Positions 36,978-47,394 of a stretch of DNA of 64,000 nt are shown here, piece after piece (the first letter of the stretch is position 1; each line of letters opens with the position of its first letter). The DNA comes from Roseibacillus sp. (GTDB lineage Bacteria; Verrucomicrobiota; Verrucomicrobiia; Verrucomicrobiales; Akkermansiaceae). Under the pieces are notes generated by a model, which made no database searches, was not told where the DNA came from, and saw nothing but the letters and a program-made list of their open reading frames with translations. A program made the position numbers and the translations under genes. Location of the stretch: assembly GCA_051251855.1 (NCBI GenBank), contig JBPOGI010000002.1, positions 288,001 through 352,000 of the forward strand, written 5' to 3'.

Positions 36978-38075
36978 GTGAAACCAATTAAGCTTCTTCG
37001 GTCGCCCTCCTCTGTCAATGTGGCAAGGCTGGGTTTCCTCCTCCTTTGTCTTCTGACAGGCGTCGCCCTGCACTACGGTTTTGGCGTCGATAATACGGGA
37101 ACTGATCTTCTGTCTATGACCCAAGCATTAGCTGGGGCGCTCCTGGTGGCGGGAACATTGATTTGGGTCGAGTCCTTGATTCGGGATGTCTCTCTGCGTG
37201 AGTTTTCGACAGGAACCTTTGGTCTTGCGGTGGGCGTTTTTTGCGGATGGTTGCTCACTCAGCTGAAGGTGGAGGAGGTTCTGTTTAAGCTCATCGAAGT
37301 GAATAGCGGGGCAGATTCGCCTTATATGGATAGCAGTATCCAAGACCTGATAGCGCTGGCTTTTCGGGTGGTCTTCATCGGGGGGATGGGTTTCATTGCA
37401 TCTACTCTCGCGCTTCGCAGCGGCAAGGAGGATTTCGCGTTCGTGGTGCCCTATGTTCGCTTTCGACAGGACGGAACTTCGGGCGCTCCCATTATCGTGG
37501 ATCGTGAGGCAGTCTTGGACGGACGGATTGAGTCGGTGATGAGTTCTGGGTTTCTAGCTGGGCGTATTGTGGTGCCGCGCATGGTTCTGGATGATTTACA
37601 GGCAATGGTGGATTCGCCTGAGGCCCAAGATAAGCAGAGGGCGCAGAGAGCCTTGGATGCCTTGGCCCGTATGAAGGCTAATGGCGACTATCGTCTCACC
37701 GTGCATGAGCACCCTGCCAATACTTCTGCAGATGATCCGAAGAGCCAGTTAGTGCGTATTTCGCAAATGCTGGCAGGGCGTATTCTCACCGTGAGCGACG
37801 AGACTGCGAAAATCGCGGAAGTGCAAGGGGTCGATGTGCTCAACCTTCACGAGCTGGTCGAGGCCCTGAAGCCAAAGGTGATTGTCGGTCAGCAAGTGCG
37901 CCTAGCGCTCGTTCGTAGCGGGCGGGACGAGCATCAAGCGGTGGGATATTTAGCAGATGGAACCATGATTGTGGTCAATAATGCCGCTTCTCGGATGAAT
38001 AGCACTCAGGATGTGGTGGTGATTTCCAAGCTAGAGACTACCAGTGGTGAGATGGTGTTTGCTGAGTTGGCTTAG
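36978..38075 (+). CDS. Membrane PIN/TRAM-domain protein (YacL family)
   Basis: Four TMs, DGRI, VLNLHEL, QAVGYLADGTMIVV. Confidence 0.88.
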   Translation: MKPIKLLRSPSSVNVARLGFLLLCLLTGVALHYGFGVDNTGTDLLSMTQALAGALLVAGTLIWVESLIRDVSLREFSTGTFGLAVGVFCGWLLTQLKVEEVLFKLIEVNSGADSPYMDSSIQDLIALAFRVVFIGGMGFIASTLALRSGKEDFAFVVPYVRFRQDGTSGAPIIVDREAVLDGRIESVMSSGFLAGRIVVPRMVLDDLQAMVDSPEAQDKQRAQRALDALARMKANGDYRLTVHEHPANTSADDPKSQLVRISQMLAGRILTVSDETAKIAEVQGVDVLNLHELVEALKPKVIVGQQVRLALVRSGRDEHQAVGYLADGTMIVVNNAASRMNSTQDVVVISKLETTSGEMVFAELA

Positions 38076-38137
38076 AGTGTTGCAGCGAGCGAGAAGAGAC
38101 TCTGGATTAGCCCGAAAGCAAATTTAGTTGAGAGACC

Positions 38138-39028
38138 CTATTTTTGGTCCGAGGTTTTGTTCTCGATGATTTGTAAAAAAGGTTGGGAGGGTTCGTTGAG
38201 GCACCATGCAAATGCTCGCATCATGACGATCTGGAAGCTCACGCTAAAGGCGACTTCATCAGGATGGCCGATGACGCAGCAGAATACCTTGCCTGGGTTC
38301 TGTCCTGCCTTCGTAGCGTGCTCGACTGTCCAGAATACGGGCCATTTCGTTGCGTCCGGTACTCCTTCCGATTTGTTCTTTTCCTTCGGGGCACTGGTTT
38401 CTCCAAGAATGGAAATTTTTCCCTGTGCTCCCTTTGTTAGATTCCAATAGAGTTCGTCGCTCACACTAATGGTTTCAGGGAATCCACGGAAAACCTCATG
38501 CTTTTTGTCGAGTTTGATTTCGAGTTCTCCTCGTCCCCACTTTGACTTCGCTGAAGATTCTGCCCAGGAGAAGGCTAAGCCAATTCGTTGGGCCCATTCT
38601 TCGTAGCCGACTCGTTGCACTAGTGCTTGATGGACGACCATGATCGAGCCTCCTTGGGCTAGGTGGTTGTCCATGGCTGCAAGCTGTTCTTCGGAGAGGT
38701 TACTTTGTGTGAGGTTAAAAACGACTAAGTCTGCCGATTCCCACTGCGTCGAGCTTGGAAAGCCGTTGACGGCGGAAGTCTGCACCTTACCTACTTTGCT
38801 GAGTAGGGAGGAGAATCTCTGAGCAAAGGGCTGGTAAGAGTGAGTGTGCTTCGGGTGATCTGCTTTTGACCAACAGAAGAGAACACTCTTAGGTGAGGAT
38901 ATCTCTCTGTTTGTTTCCCTTTCGAGTTGGAGAAGTTCTTGAATTTTTTCGGAAGTAAGAAACTCCTTTGCTTGCGAAAGTGGAATAATCGTAAGAATGA
39001 ATAACAAAGATAGAAATGCGTGATTCAT
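38138..39028 (-). CDS. Secreted ThuA-like (class I GATase fold) protein
   Basis: DHPKHTHSY, GGSIMVVH, DELYW, IGH; signal peptide from ATG 39028. Confidence 0.75.
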   Translation of the reverse strand: MNHAFLSLLFILTIIPLSQAKEFLTSEKIQELLQLERETNREISSPKSVLFCWSKADHPKHTHSYQPFAQRFSSLLSKVGKVQTSAVNGFPSSTQWESADLVVFNLTQSNLSEEQLAAMDNHLAQGGSIMVVHQALVQRVGYEEWAQRIGLAFSWAESSAKSKWGRGELEIKLDKKHEVFRGFPETISVSDELYWNLTKGAQGKISILGETSAPKEKNKSEGVPDATKWPVFWTVEHATKAGQNPGKVFCCVIGHPDEVAFSVSFQIVMMRAFAWCLNEPSQPFLQIIENKTSDQK

Positions 39029-39158
39029 AAAGATGACGGAGGCAGGAATGTCCCTTGGTGATGAGTAATGCAGATGGGGTCCTTGTGTCAATTCGGTAGG
39101 AGATGAGCACTAAGGAGAAGGCTGACTCGGTTTCATTCTGGATGGCTGAAGAAGTACG

Positions 39159-39605
39159 TTATTGCGGTCTGACTTGGACAAATTTTCTTACCTTGCGAAT
39201 CGTTATTCCTAGGCCAGGAAATTCTGAAAAGACTCCGATGGAAGCGTCCCAATAGTCGTGTTGAGTGGCCACCATTCCGTTTTTGTTGAAAGTGAAGTAG
39301 CTGACACCTGGAAGTTCGCGTTCTTTGCCGCGAAAGCGATAGCGCATTACCCACTTGAGAAAAGCGGCTTGTTCATCGCCGCGAGAATCTGTGACGTCGA
39401 TACGGATATGTTTGAGTTGCTTAAAGAGGTCTTGAAAGATCACAGCCAGATCTTTCAAGCCGTTTCCCTCATTGATGGGATCGATAAAGTGAACCCGATC
39501 GGAGTAAAAGTTTTCTAACCGTTCGACGGAGTCGGGTTGGAGGTCAGTAAGAAAGGAAGTGATTCTCGCGATCGGGTGAAGAGTCGTCGAGGGCGTGTTT
39601 TCCAT
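39159..39605 (-). CDS. NTF2/SnoaL-like protein
   Basis: YSDRVHFIDP, GVS, HDYWD. Confidence 0.85.
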   Translation of the reverse strand: MENTPSTTLHPIARITSFLTDLQPDSVERLENFYSDRVHFIDPINEGNGLKDLAVIFQDLFKQLKHIRIDVTDSRGDEQAAFLKWVMRYRFRGKERELPGVSYFTFNKNGMVATQHDYWDASIGVFSEFPGLGITIRKVRKFVQVRPQ

Positions 39606-39680
39606 GTGTTGATAACAACCTACTAACTTCGTGGGCGAATCTTGCGGAATATTCGCTAGATTCCGATTCACATCAAAGTG

Positions 39681-41918
39681 TTAGAAGGTTCCGTTCAGCT
39701 TGCGGCCGGTCCAGAACAGACCGAGAAGAATGATGAGGAAGATGGCAACGAAAGGATGCGCCCAGAGGCGGAGGGGGATGACTTGAGGGCGAGGGGTGGG
39801 CAAGAGTTGAAGGTCTTTGAGGAGGCCTGGAAGGTCGGCAGTGGTGGCAACATTGCCGCGAGAGATGGAGGAGAGTTCGGAGAGGACATCGATTTTGGCG
39901 GGTTGGCCGATTTTTTCGAGTTGTTCGTCTTGGGCGAGAATGACGGTGCTGAGTTGTGGGGTGTCGCGGCTTTCTCCGGGGAGAAAGGCGTCAATGGTCC
40001 ATTCGCCGGGCTGGGTAACGGTGAAGCGAGTGCTAAAGGTGCCCCAAGTGTTGTCAGCTTGCTCGGCTTTGAGCTCAATGCGGGTGGTCTTTCCCGAGGG
40101 TTGGGTCAGTTCGAGAGGAATGGGGCCTTCTTTGAGGGGAGCGCCGTTGGCATCGAAGACGTTGGCGGTGAGAGTGACTTTATCGCCGGGTTTGGGACGC
40201 TCGGGCGAGAAGTAGAGGCGGATGCGTTGGTCGGTAGCGATGTTGCGCTGATAGGACATCCAGCGGGCGACTTGGCCCCAGAAGCGATAGTGATAGAGGT
40301 CTTCTACGCCGCGACGCCAGCGCCAGGCAGAGTCGTGGCCTAGGAAGAGAACCTTGCCGCTGCCGACGCGATTGGTGACGAGGAGGGGGATACGTCCATA
40401 GTCGTTGCGGCGGTTGGAGTGGACGGCGAGGACTTCGGTTCCAGACTTGGCGCGGACGACGGGGGCGTGCCAGAAAAAGCCGGGGAGGGAGGACCAGACG
40501 GAGGGGTTCTGGTCTTCGCTATCGGCGAGCATGGTGAGGAGTGAGGAGCGGCCTTCGGAGGTGAGTTCGAGGGGAGCAGCGGATGCTTCGGCGAATCCGT
40601 TGGGCTGCTTGTCGTCTAACAGAACAGGAAGAAGGTCGCCGAGGGGGGATTCGATGAGGCTTTGCCAGTTGCCTTGGCTTCCGGGAATAAAGACGAGTCC
40701 GGATGCGAGGTTCTCGACGAGGCCTTTGAGTAAATCGGCTTGTTCAATAGTGAGCTGGCCTTCGCCAATGCCGATGTCTCCAAGAAAGATGACGTCGTAT
40801 TTTTGAAGGTCTTCCGGCTTTTCTGGGAACTCTTTGATGTAGTCGGGTCCGTCGCCGGCACCGAGTTTGGGGTGGAGGAGGAGACAATCGACTTTAACGC
40901 CGGGGTCCCGGGAAAGGGCGTTGCGGATGAAGCGATACTCCCAGCGGGGAAGGGTTTCGATGACGAGGACACGAATGTCTTCAGGTTTTCCTGAGAGGGT
41001 GAAGCTGCGGCTGTTGTTGTCGGGGAGGAGTTCACCATTAGCGGGAGGAAGGGTGAGGGTGAGGGTGTTGGAGCCTTCCTTTTGTAAGCGGTAGAGGATG
41101 GATTCGTAAACAGTGCTGCGGGCTGGGATGGTGAGGTCTTTGGAAATCTCATTCCCGCTGGAGTCGCGCAGGCGAACGATGGTGCGCAGGTCGCGGTCGA
41201 GGGAGGAGCGGACAGTGAAGGGGATTTGTACATTCTCGCCCACGATGCCGTAGGTGGGAGCGGAGACGGCGACGAGTTCTAGGTCAGGGAGGCGGGTCTC
41301 GGAGCCAATGGGGACGGTGAAGATGGGGACGTCGCGGAGGCGATACTTTTGGGCAGCAGTGACGGGGGGCTTGCCTTGGTTCCAATCGCCATCGCTGAGG
41401 AGGACGACGGAGCGGAGATTGGGGCGGTTTTCAAGAAGATTGGAAAGCGCTGCTTCTAGGTTAGTTCCGGTTTGAATACCGGGCTCGGGGTTTTCGGGCG
41501 GGGAGCCAAAAGTCTCGATGTTGACAGTGGTTTTTCCGTCTTCGAGGAGGGGGAGATAGAATTCAGACTCAAGAACACTTTGAGCCAGAATGGAGCGGGG
41601 AGTGATTTCAGGACGTGCGCTTTCGGGATCTGATTTGGCGTCCACGGTCATCATTGAGCCGGAGGTGTCGGCGAGGATGACGATTTCGGGTTCCTCGGTG
41701 GGATTTAGAACGCGGTGATACTCAGGCTGAAGGAGGAGAAGAACGACAAGTGCGGCAATGAGAAAGCGGAGAAGCTCCAAAAGACCAGTTCTTACAGGGC
41801 GAGCAGCGCGTCGGAAAGCGGTGAAGCAGTAGAAGCCGATGGCGGCTAGAAAGAGGAGACCCAGCCAGACAAAGATGCTGGGAGCCGCGAAATGGAGTTG
41901 GTTGATTTGAAATTGCAC
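39681..41918 (-). CDS. Membrane protein with VWA and glutamine-amidotransferase-like domains
   Basis: MIDAS DTSGS...TNL...LSDG; PRWEYRFIRNAL, WRWR; N- and C-terminal TMs. Confidence 0.85.
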   Translation of the reverse strand: MQFQINQLHFAAPSIFVWLGLLFLAAIGFYCFTAFRRAARPVRTGLLELLRFLIAALVVLLLLQPEYHRVLNPTEEPEIVILADTSGSMMTVDAKSDPESARPEITPRSILAQSVLESEFYLPLLEDGKTTVNIETFGSPPENPEPGIQTGTNLEAALSNLLENRPNLRSVVLLSDGDWNQGKPPVTAAQKYRLRDVPIFTVPIGSETRLPDLELVAVSAPTYGIVGENVQIPFTVRSSLDRDLRTIVRLRDSSGNEISKDLTIPARSTVYESILYRLQKEGSNTLTLTLPPANGELLPDNNSRSFTLSGKPEDIRVLVIETLPRWEYRFIRNALSRDPGVKVDCLLLHPKLGAGDGPDYIKEFPEKPEDLQKYDVIFLGDIGIGEGQLTIEQADLLKGLVENLASGLVFIPGSQGNWQSLIESPLGDLLPVLLDDKQPNGFAEASAAPLELTSEGRSSLLTMLADSEDQNPSVWSSLPGFFWHAPVVRAKSGTEVLAVHSNRRNDYGRIPLLVTNRVGSGKVLFLGHDSAWRWRRGVEDLYHYRFWGQVARWMSYQRNIATDQRIRLYFSPERPKPGDKVTLTANVFDANGAPLKEGPIPLELTQPSGKTTRIELKAEQADNTWGTFSTRFTVTQPGEWTIDAFLPGESRDTPQLSTVILAQDEQLEKIGQPAKIDVLSELSSISRGNVATTADLPGLLKDLQLLPTPRPQVIPLRLWAHPFVAIFLIILLGLFWTGRKLNGTF

Positions 41919-42026
41919 CAGAAAGGGTCCACAGAGCTTCTCCGCGATTCGTATTTAGTCAACGATTCGATGCGGCTAGCTCAGGTGCTCCTTCAGGCTT
42001 TAGCTCAAAAACTATTGATTGTTTGC

Positions 42027-42046
42027 CGTCAGGTTGAAACCTGACG
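42027..42046. repeat. Short palindrome (REP-like or terminator) after comM
   Basis: cgtcaggt-tgaa-acctgacg. Confidence 0.45.
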
Positions 42047-42057
42047 CTCAATATTGG

Positions 42058-43593
42058 TTAAAAGGCGAGGCGGCGGTCGAGGGAGCGGTATTGGATGGCT
42101 TCCATGATTTGGGCGGAGCCGATGTTTTCTTCGCCGGCGAGGTCGGCGAGGGTGCGGGCGACTTTGAGGATGCGGTCGTGGGCGCGGGCGGAGAAGTTGA
42201 GGGTTTCCATGGCTTGCTCAAGGAGGTTGGAGGAGTCTTTGTCGAGTTGGCAGTGGGCGCGGACTTGGCGAGAGGGCATGGCGGCGTTGGTGAGGAGGCC
42301 GGTGGTGCCTTTGAGGCGTTCGGCTTGGACGGCGCGTGCGGTGATGACGCGTTCGCGGATTTTTTCGGATTTTTCGCCGCTGGCGGTGCTGGCGAGTTCT
42401 TTGTATTCGACGAGGGGGACTTCGACATGGAGGTCGATGCGATCGAGGAGGGGGCCGGAGATGCGTTGGCGGTAGTTTTCGACTTGGCGCGGATTGCAAC
42501 GGCAGTCGCGTTTGGTGTCGCCGAAGAAGCCGCAGGGGCAGGGATTGAGGGCGGCGACGAGGACGCATTTGGCAGGGAAGGAAAGGGAGCCAGCGGCGCG
42601 GGTGATAGTGACTTCACCGTCTTCGAGGGGTTGGCGGAGGACTTCGAGGGTGGAGCGGCGGAATTCGGGGAGTTCGTCAAGGAAGAGGACTCCGTTGTTA
42701 GAAAGGGAGATTTCGCCGGGGCCGGGGTTGGAGCCGCCGCCGAGGAGTCCGGCGTCGGAGATGGTGTGGTGGGGAGAGCGAAAGGGTCGGGTGACGAGGA
42801 AGGATTTTTTAGGGTCGAGGAGGCCGGCGATGGAGTGGATCTTGGTGGTCTCGATGGCTTCGTCTTCGCTCATGTCGGGCATGATGGTGGGAAGGCGTTT
42901 GGCGAGCATGGACTTGCCGGTTCCGGGAGGCCCTACCATCAAGATGTTGTGGCCGCCGGCGACGGCGACTTCGAGGGCGCGCTTGACGTGGGCTTGGCCT
43001 TTGACGTCTTCGAAGTCGACTTCGTAGCTGCGTTGGGAGCTAAAGAATTTTTGACGATCGAGTTGGAAGGGGGCGATGGGGCGTTCGCCGGTGAGGTAGT
43101 GATAGGCTTGGTTGAGGTTGGTGATGGGGATGACTTCGATGCCTTCAGTGATGGCGGCTTCGGGGGCGTTCTGGGCGGGGACGAGGATTTTCTTGCGGCC
43201 GCGGTTCTTGGCTTCGATGGCGATGGAGAGGACGCCTTTGACGGGGCGGACGGTTCCGTCGAGGGAGAGTTCGCCCACGATGGCGAAGTCGTCTTCGTTG
43301 GGAAAGGCGGTTTCCATGCCGTTGGCCGCGATGGCGAGGGCGATAGGAAGGTCGAAGGAGGGGCCTTCTTTTTTGAGGTCGGCGGGGGCGAGATTGACGA
43401 CATTGACGACGCAGTCGCGAAAGCCGGAGGAGGTGATGGCAGAACCGACGCGCATGGCGGACTCGCGAACGGCGGCGTCGGGGAGGCCGACGACGATGGT
43501 TCCGGGCTTTTCGCCGTCGCGGCCGTGGACTTCGACTTCCACTTCGACGGCGTCCACCCCGCGTAGGGCGGCTGAGAACAATCTCGTTATCAT
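42058..43593 (-). CDS. comM: YifB/ComM Mg-chelatase-like AAA+ ATPase
   Basis: VGLPD, NLAPADLKKEG, GPPGTGKS, PFRSPHH, LFLDELPEF, NPCPCG, SGPLLDRID. Confidence 0.95.
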   Translation of the reverse strand: MITRLFSAALRGVDAVEVEVEVHGRDGEKPGTIVVGLPDAAVRESAMRVGSAITSSGFRDCVVNVVNLAPADLKKEGPSFDLPIALAIAANGMETAFPNEDDFAIVGELSLDGTVRPVKGVLSIAIEAKNRGRKKILVPAQNAPEAAITEGIEVIPITNLNQAYHYLTGERPIAPFQLDRQKFFSSQRSYEVDFEDVKGQAHVKRALEVAVAGGHNILMVGPPGTGKSMLAKRLPTIMPDMSEDEAIETTKIHSIAGLLDPKKSFLVTRPFRSPHHTISDAGLLGGGSNPGPGEISLSNNGVLFLDELPEFRRSTLEVLRQPLEDGEVTITRAAGSLSFPAKCVLVAALNPCPCGFFGDTKRDCRCNPRQVENYRQRISGPLLDRIDLHVEVPLVEYKELASTASGEKSEKIRERVITARAVQAERLKGTTGLLTNAAMPSRQVRAHCQLDKDSSNLLEQAMETLNFSARAHDRILKVARTLADLAGEENIGSAQIMEAIQYRSLDRRLAF

Positions 43594-43706
43594 CTGGGGA
43601 GGCTAGCGAGGGGGAGTTCGGGTGAAAAGTGTTTTTTTGAACACCTCTCATAAGCCTAGTATATTAAGGGTGCAACTTTGGCGCTGGCTTGGGTGTATGG
43701 TTCGGC

Positions 43707-44984
43707 ATGAAGCGATTTTCGGTGCTCGTTCTTTTAGTGAGCCTTTCTACTCAGTTGCTCTCCGCTTGGGAGGCGGCCACGAAGGAGGATGAGGGCATTT
43801 TTCCCAACCCTGAACGGGGTTTTTATTTTTTCCAAGACTTGGCCCTTTCTCCGGGGGACTGGAATGCGGTTCGCAAAGAGAAGGGGATCTCTTTGATCGG
43901 AGGGAAGGTGGTGTTGGAGAAGTTCCGTGAGGTGGCTGTGCTGCCGGATTCGTTTGTGGAGAAGGTGGAAGCTGGTTTTAAGAAGGCGCGACAATCGGGA
44001 ATGAAGGTGGTGGTGCGGGTGAATTACGGTCACAAGGGGCCGGGGGGGGATTATAAGACTTATGAAGATCCGGCGAAGGAGATTATCTTGGGGCATATCG
44101 AGCAGTTGGCTCCGGTTTGGGAAAAGAACGCGGATGTGATCGCGTTGTTCGAGGCGGGATTCGTGGGGCCGTGGGGGGAGTGGCATTCGACGACGATTGC
44201 CAACGAGCCAGAACTGCAGCGGGAGGTTTATCTGAAGATTGTGGGGAATACTCCCAAGAATCGGATGGTGCTGTTGCGTTACCCTGAGCTGAAGCGGAGC
44301 ATTTTTGAGAAGCGTGAGGCGTTGACGGAGAAGGACGCTTATCAGACGAGTGATTGGGCGCGGACGGGACATCACAATGATTGTTTTTTGTCTTCGGAAA
44401 ATGATGTCGGAACTTATGGCCGCGGGGATGATGACCGTGAGGGGGAGGTCGATTATTTGGCGCAAGAGACGCGCTTTACTGCCTATGGTGGCGAGACTTG
44501 TGCGGTGCATGACTTTAATGATGCCGCGCGAACGTTGGTGGAGTTGGACTTGCTGAATGCGAGCTATCTGAATTGGAGTTATCATCCCAAGGTCTTGGAG
44601 AAGTGGCAGGCGCAGGGTTGTTACGAGGAGGTGGCGAGGTTGTTAGGTGCTCGGTTTGTTCTTTGTGATTTTGATGGGGAAAAGGTGCAGCTTGAGAATG
44701 TGGGGTTTGCTTCTCTTTACAATGAGAGGAAGGCTTATTGGGTTTTGGAGAAGGAGGGAGAGATTGTGGAACGGATTCAAATTGCGGCTGATCCGCGGAG
44801 GTGGAAATCGGGAGTGAAAACCGAGTTAGAGTTGCCTGCGGAGCTGGAGGGAGTGAGTCGAGTGGGGCTTTGGATGCCGGACTTGGCGGAGAGTCTGCGG
44901 GAGGATTCGCGGTATGCGATCCGGTTCGCGAATGAGGGGTGTTGGGATGAGAAGAGTGGAGTGAATTGGATTTTGAGCCGGTAG
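43707..44984 (+). CDS. Secreted DUF4874/DUF4832 protein (glycoside-hydrolase-like)
   Basis: NPERGFY, AGFVGPWGEWH, GHHNDCFL, GGET. Confidence 0.8.
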   Translation: MKRFSVLVLLVSLSTQLLSAWEAATKEDEGIFPNPERGFYFFQDLALSPGDWNAVRKEKGISLIGGKVVLEKFREVAVLPDSFVEKVEAGFKKARQSGMKVVVRVNYGHKGPGGDYKTYEDPAKEIILGHIEQLAPVWEKNADVIALFEAGFVGPWGEWHSTTIANEPELQREVYLKIVGNTPKNRMVLLRYPELKRSIFEKREALTEKDAYQTSDWARTGHHNDCFLSSENDVGTYGRGDDDREGEVDYLAQETRFTAYGGETCAVHDFNDAARTLVELDLLNASYLNWSYHPKVLEKWQAQGCYEEVARLLGARFVLCDFDGEKVQLENVGFASLYNERKAYWVLEKEGEIVERIQIAADPRRWKSGVKTELELPAELEGVSRVGLWMPDLAESLREDSRYAIRFANEGCWDEKSGVNWILSR

Positions 44985-45032
44985 GCAGAATTTTTTTGAA
45001 TGGGTGAGGTGTTTGAGTGGTCTAAGGAGACT

Positions 45033-45446
45033 ATGACAACTCTTGCGCGTATTGCTTTGATGGCTTCGTTTGTTTCGGCGATTGGTTTTTCAGGGCTGAT
45101 GGCTTCAGAAGTTTCGACAGCCCCGCAGGTGCGCCCGGCGACGCCGTCGAAGGATTTGGTGATTCGCTTGTTGAGTGAGAGGGACGAGCGTTTTGCGAAG
45201 GATTATGAGGTGGCCTTGATTTTACCTGGGGAGACGGAGTTCCAAGGGATGACGGTTGCGAATGCGGCAAGGGTGACTTTTTTTGGCCCAGCTACGAAGA
45301 AGGGGCAGAAGAAGCGGACTCTTTCCAAGGAGCTTTTCTTGTGGAACGAGGAAAATGGGTGGTTTTTATGCGAGATCGGAGAGCGTTTGGGGCGGACGAC
45401 CGTGTTCATTTGGAGCGAGCTGCGGGGCGAAGTCGAAATCGACTAG
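45033..45446 (+). CDS. Secreted hypothetical protein
   Basis: Signal-peptide-like N-terminus; LFLWNEENGWF. Start could be 45000. Confidence 0.65.
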   Translation: MTTLARIALMASFVSAIGFSGLMASEVSTAPQVRPATPSKDLVIRLLSERDERFAKDYEVALILPGETEFQGMTVANAARVTFFGPATKKGQKKRTLSKELFLWNEENGWFLCEIGERLGRTTVFIWSELRGEVEID

Positions 45447-45520
45447 AATTTGACTCAAAAGGGCCTCATTTCGTTGCATTTTGGGTTTTGCGTTTCGCGT
45501 AGCCGTGGCATCTTGCGCCC

Positions 45521-46720
45521 ATGACTCCCGCAGAATTGCAAGCGACTCCTGACTCCTCTGGCCACTACGGCGACTTTGGTGGAATGTTTGTGCCTGAGAC
45601 CTTGATGGCTCCTTTGCAGGAACTCTCGGAGGAATACGAGAGGGCAAAGAAGGATCCGGCATTTCAGGCGGAGCTGGATGGGTTGTTGGCTGACTTCTGT
45701 GGGCGCAAGACACCTCTCTATTATGCGGAGCGTTTGACGGAGAAGCTTGGGGGGGCGAAAATCTATCTCAAGCGCGAAGACCTTCTTCATACGGGTGCGC
45801 ACAAGATTAACAATGCTCTCGGGCAGGTCTTGATTGCAAAGCGCTTGGGCAAGACGCGCATTATTGCGGAGACGGGCGCAGGTCAGCACGGGGTGGCGAC
45901 GGCGACGGTGTGTGCGCGGTTCGGGTTGGAGTGCGTGGTCTACATGGGCGCGGTGGATATGGAGCGGCAGGCGCTCAATGTGGCGCGGATGCGTCTGATG
46001 GGTGCGGAAGTGCGTGGAGTGGAAGCGGGACAACGGACTTTGAAAGAGGCTGTCAATGAGGCGATGCGCGACTGGGTAGCGACGGTTGATCATACTCACT
46101 ACATTATTGGTTCAGCGCTTGGTTCACATCCGTTCCCGATGATGGTGCGTGATTTTCACCGCGTGATTGGGGTGGAGGCTCGCGAGCAGATTTTGGAGAA
46201 AGAAGGGCGTTTGCCTGATATCTTGGTGGCTTGCGTGGGTGGAGGTTCGAATGCCATTGGGTTGTTCCATCCCTTCTTGGATGCGGAGGATGTGCGTATG
46301 GTGGGCGTGGAAGCGGGAGGCGATGGTATCATTCCAGAGCGCCACGCGGCTCGTTTTCAGGGAGGTAAGTTGGGAGTGCTGCAGGGGACCAAGACTTGGT
46401 TGTTGGCGAATGATGATGGTCAGATCGAGTTGACCCATTCGGTGAGCGCGGGCTTGGACTACGCCGCTGTTGGGCCAGAGCATGCCTTTTTAGAGCATGA
46501 AGGTCGGGTGGAGTATACCTACGCGACGGATGAGGAAGCTTTGGCTGCGTTCAAGGAATTGGCGCAGACGGAGGGAATTTTGCCGGCGTTGGAGACGAGT
46601 CACGCGATTGCGTATGGGATCAAGGTGGCGGGGAGTTTGCCGAAGAGCGATATTATGATCATCAATTGTTCGGGCCGAGGAGATAAGGATGTCGAGACGG
46701 CGGCGAAGCATTTGTTGTAG
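45521..46720 (+). CDS. trpB: Tryptophan synthase beta chain
   Basis: [42 protein letters not shown]. Confidence 0.98.
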   Translation: MTPAELQATPDSSGHYGDFGGMFVPETLMAPLQELSEEYERAKKDPAFQAELDGLLADFCGRKTPLYYAERLTEKLGGAKIYLKREDLLHTGAHKINNALGQVLIAKRLGKTRIIAETGAGQHGVATATVCARFGLECVVYMGAVDMERQALNVARMRLMGAEVRGVEAGQRTLKEAVNEAMRDWVATVDHTHYIIGSALGSHPFPMMVRDFHRVIGVEAREQILEKEGRLPDILVACVGGGSNAIGLFHPFLDAEDVRMVGVEAGGDGIIPERHAARFQGGKLGVLQGTKTWLLANDDGQIELTHSVSAGLDYAAVGPEHAFLEHEGRVEYTYATDEEALAAFKELAQTEGILPALETSHAIAYGIKVAGSLPKSDIMIINCSGRGDKDVETAAKHLL

Positions 46721-46742
46721 TGGGTAAGTCTCTTGATGAGCA

Positions 46743-46844
46743 GGAGTGACGACTTGAGTCGTCATCTTCTGTCGTTTTTGGTCGATGATGGAGGACTGAA
46801 GTCGACCCGCCTATCCAAAGCGGCGCGCAGCGCAGCACTCCAAG
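46743..46844. repeat. GGAG-type REP doublet plus a third GGAG palindromic unit
   Basis: ggagtgacgacttgagtcgtc ... gaggactgaagtcgacccgcc (inverted), then ccaaagcggcgcgcagcgcagcactccaag. The doublet matches 55084-55172. Confidence 0.65.
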
Positions 46845-46849
46845 AGACG

Positions 46850-46883
46850 AAAAAGCCGCACCTCGGAGAGATGCGGCTTTTTT
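46850..46883. terminator. Bidirectional intrinsic terminator between trpB and ndk
   Basis: aaaaagccgca-N11-tgcggctttttt. Confidence 0.85.
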
Positions 46884-46903
46884 GAGAATGATAGGTCGAT
46901 GGG

Positions 46904-47338
46904 TTAGGCAAACACTTCGCCTTCGCCGAAGAAGCGCTTGATTTCGGCAGCGGCGGCTTCGGGGCTGTCGGAGGCGTGGCAAACGTTGCGCATCTTGGAG
47001 TCGCCGGATTTATCGCCAAAGTCACCACGGATGGTTCCAGCAGCTGCGACGGTGGAGTCAGTGGGTCCGATAAGGTCTCGGACCTTGTTGATGACGTCTT
47101 CGCCAGCGAGGGCGAGAGCGATGACAGGGGTCTCCTGCATAAAACCACGAACGTCAGGGAAGAAAGGCATCTCAGCGATGTGAGAGTAGTGCTCGGCGAG
47201 GATTTCGTCGGAAAGGGTCATCATCTTGATGCCTTTGATTTGAAAGCCAGCAGCTTCGTAACGAGCGAGGACGGTTCCGACGTTGCCTTTGGAGACTGCG
47301 TCGGGCTTGAAGAGGATGAGTGTGGTTTCTTGAGCCAT
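46904..47338 (-). CDS. ndk: Nucleoside diphosphate kinase
   Basis: KPDAV, HY, GTIRGDFG, NVCHASDS. Confidence 0.97.
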   Translation of the reverse strand: MAQETTLILFKPDAVSKGNVGTVLARYEAAGFQIKGIKMMTLSDEILAEHYSHIAEMPFFPDVRGFMQETPVIALALAGEDVINKVRDLIGPTDSTVAAAGTIRGDFGDKSGDSKMRNVCHASDSPEAAAAEIKRFFGEGEVFA

Positions 47339-47394
47339 GTTGATGCGGGATTAGCGCGAAAGAGGGCCCTTGGCAAGACTGGGTTTGTCGCTGC

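Noticed and set aside
42019..43566. 515-aa plus-strand ORF
   Set aside because: Antisense shadow of comM.
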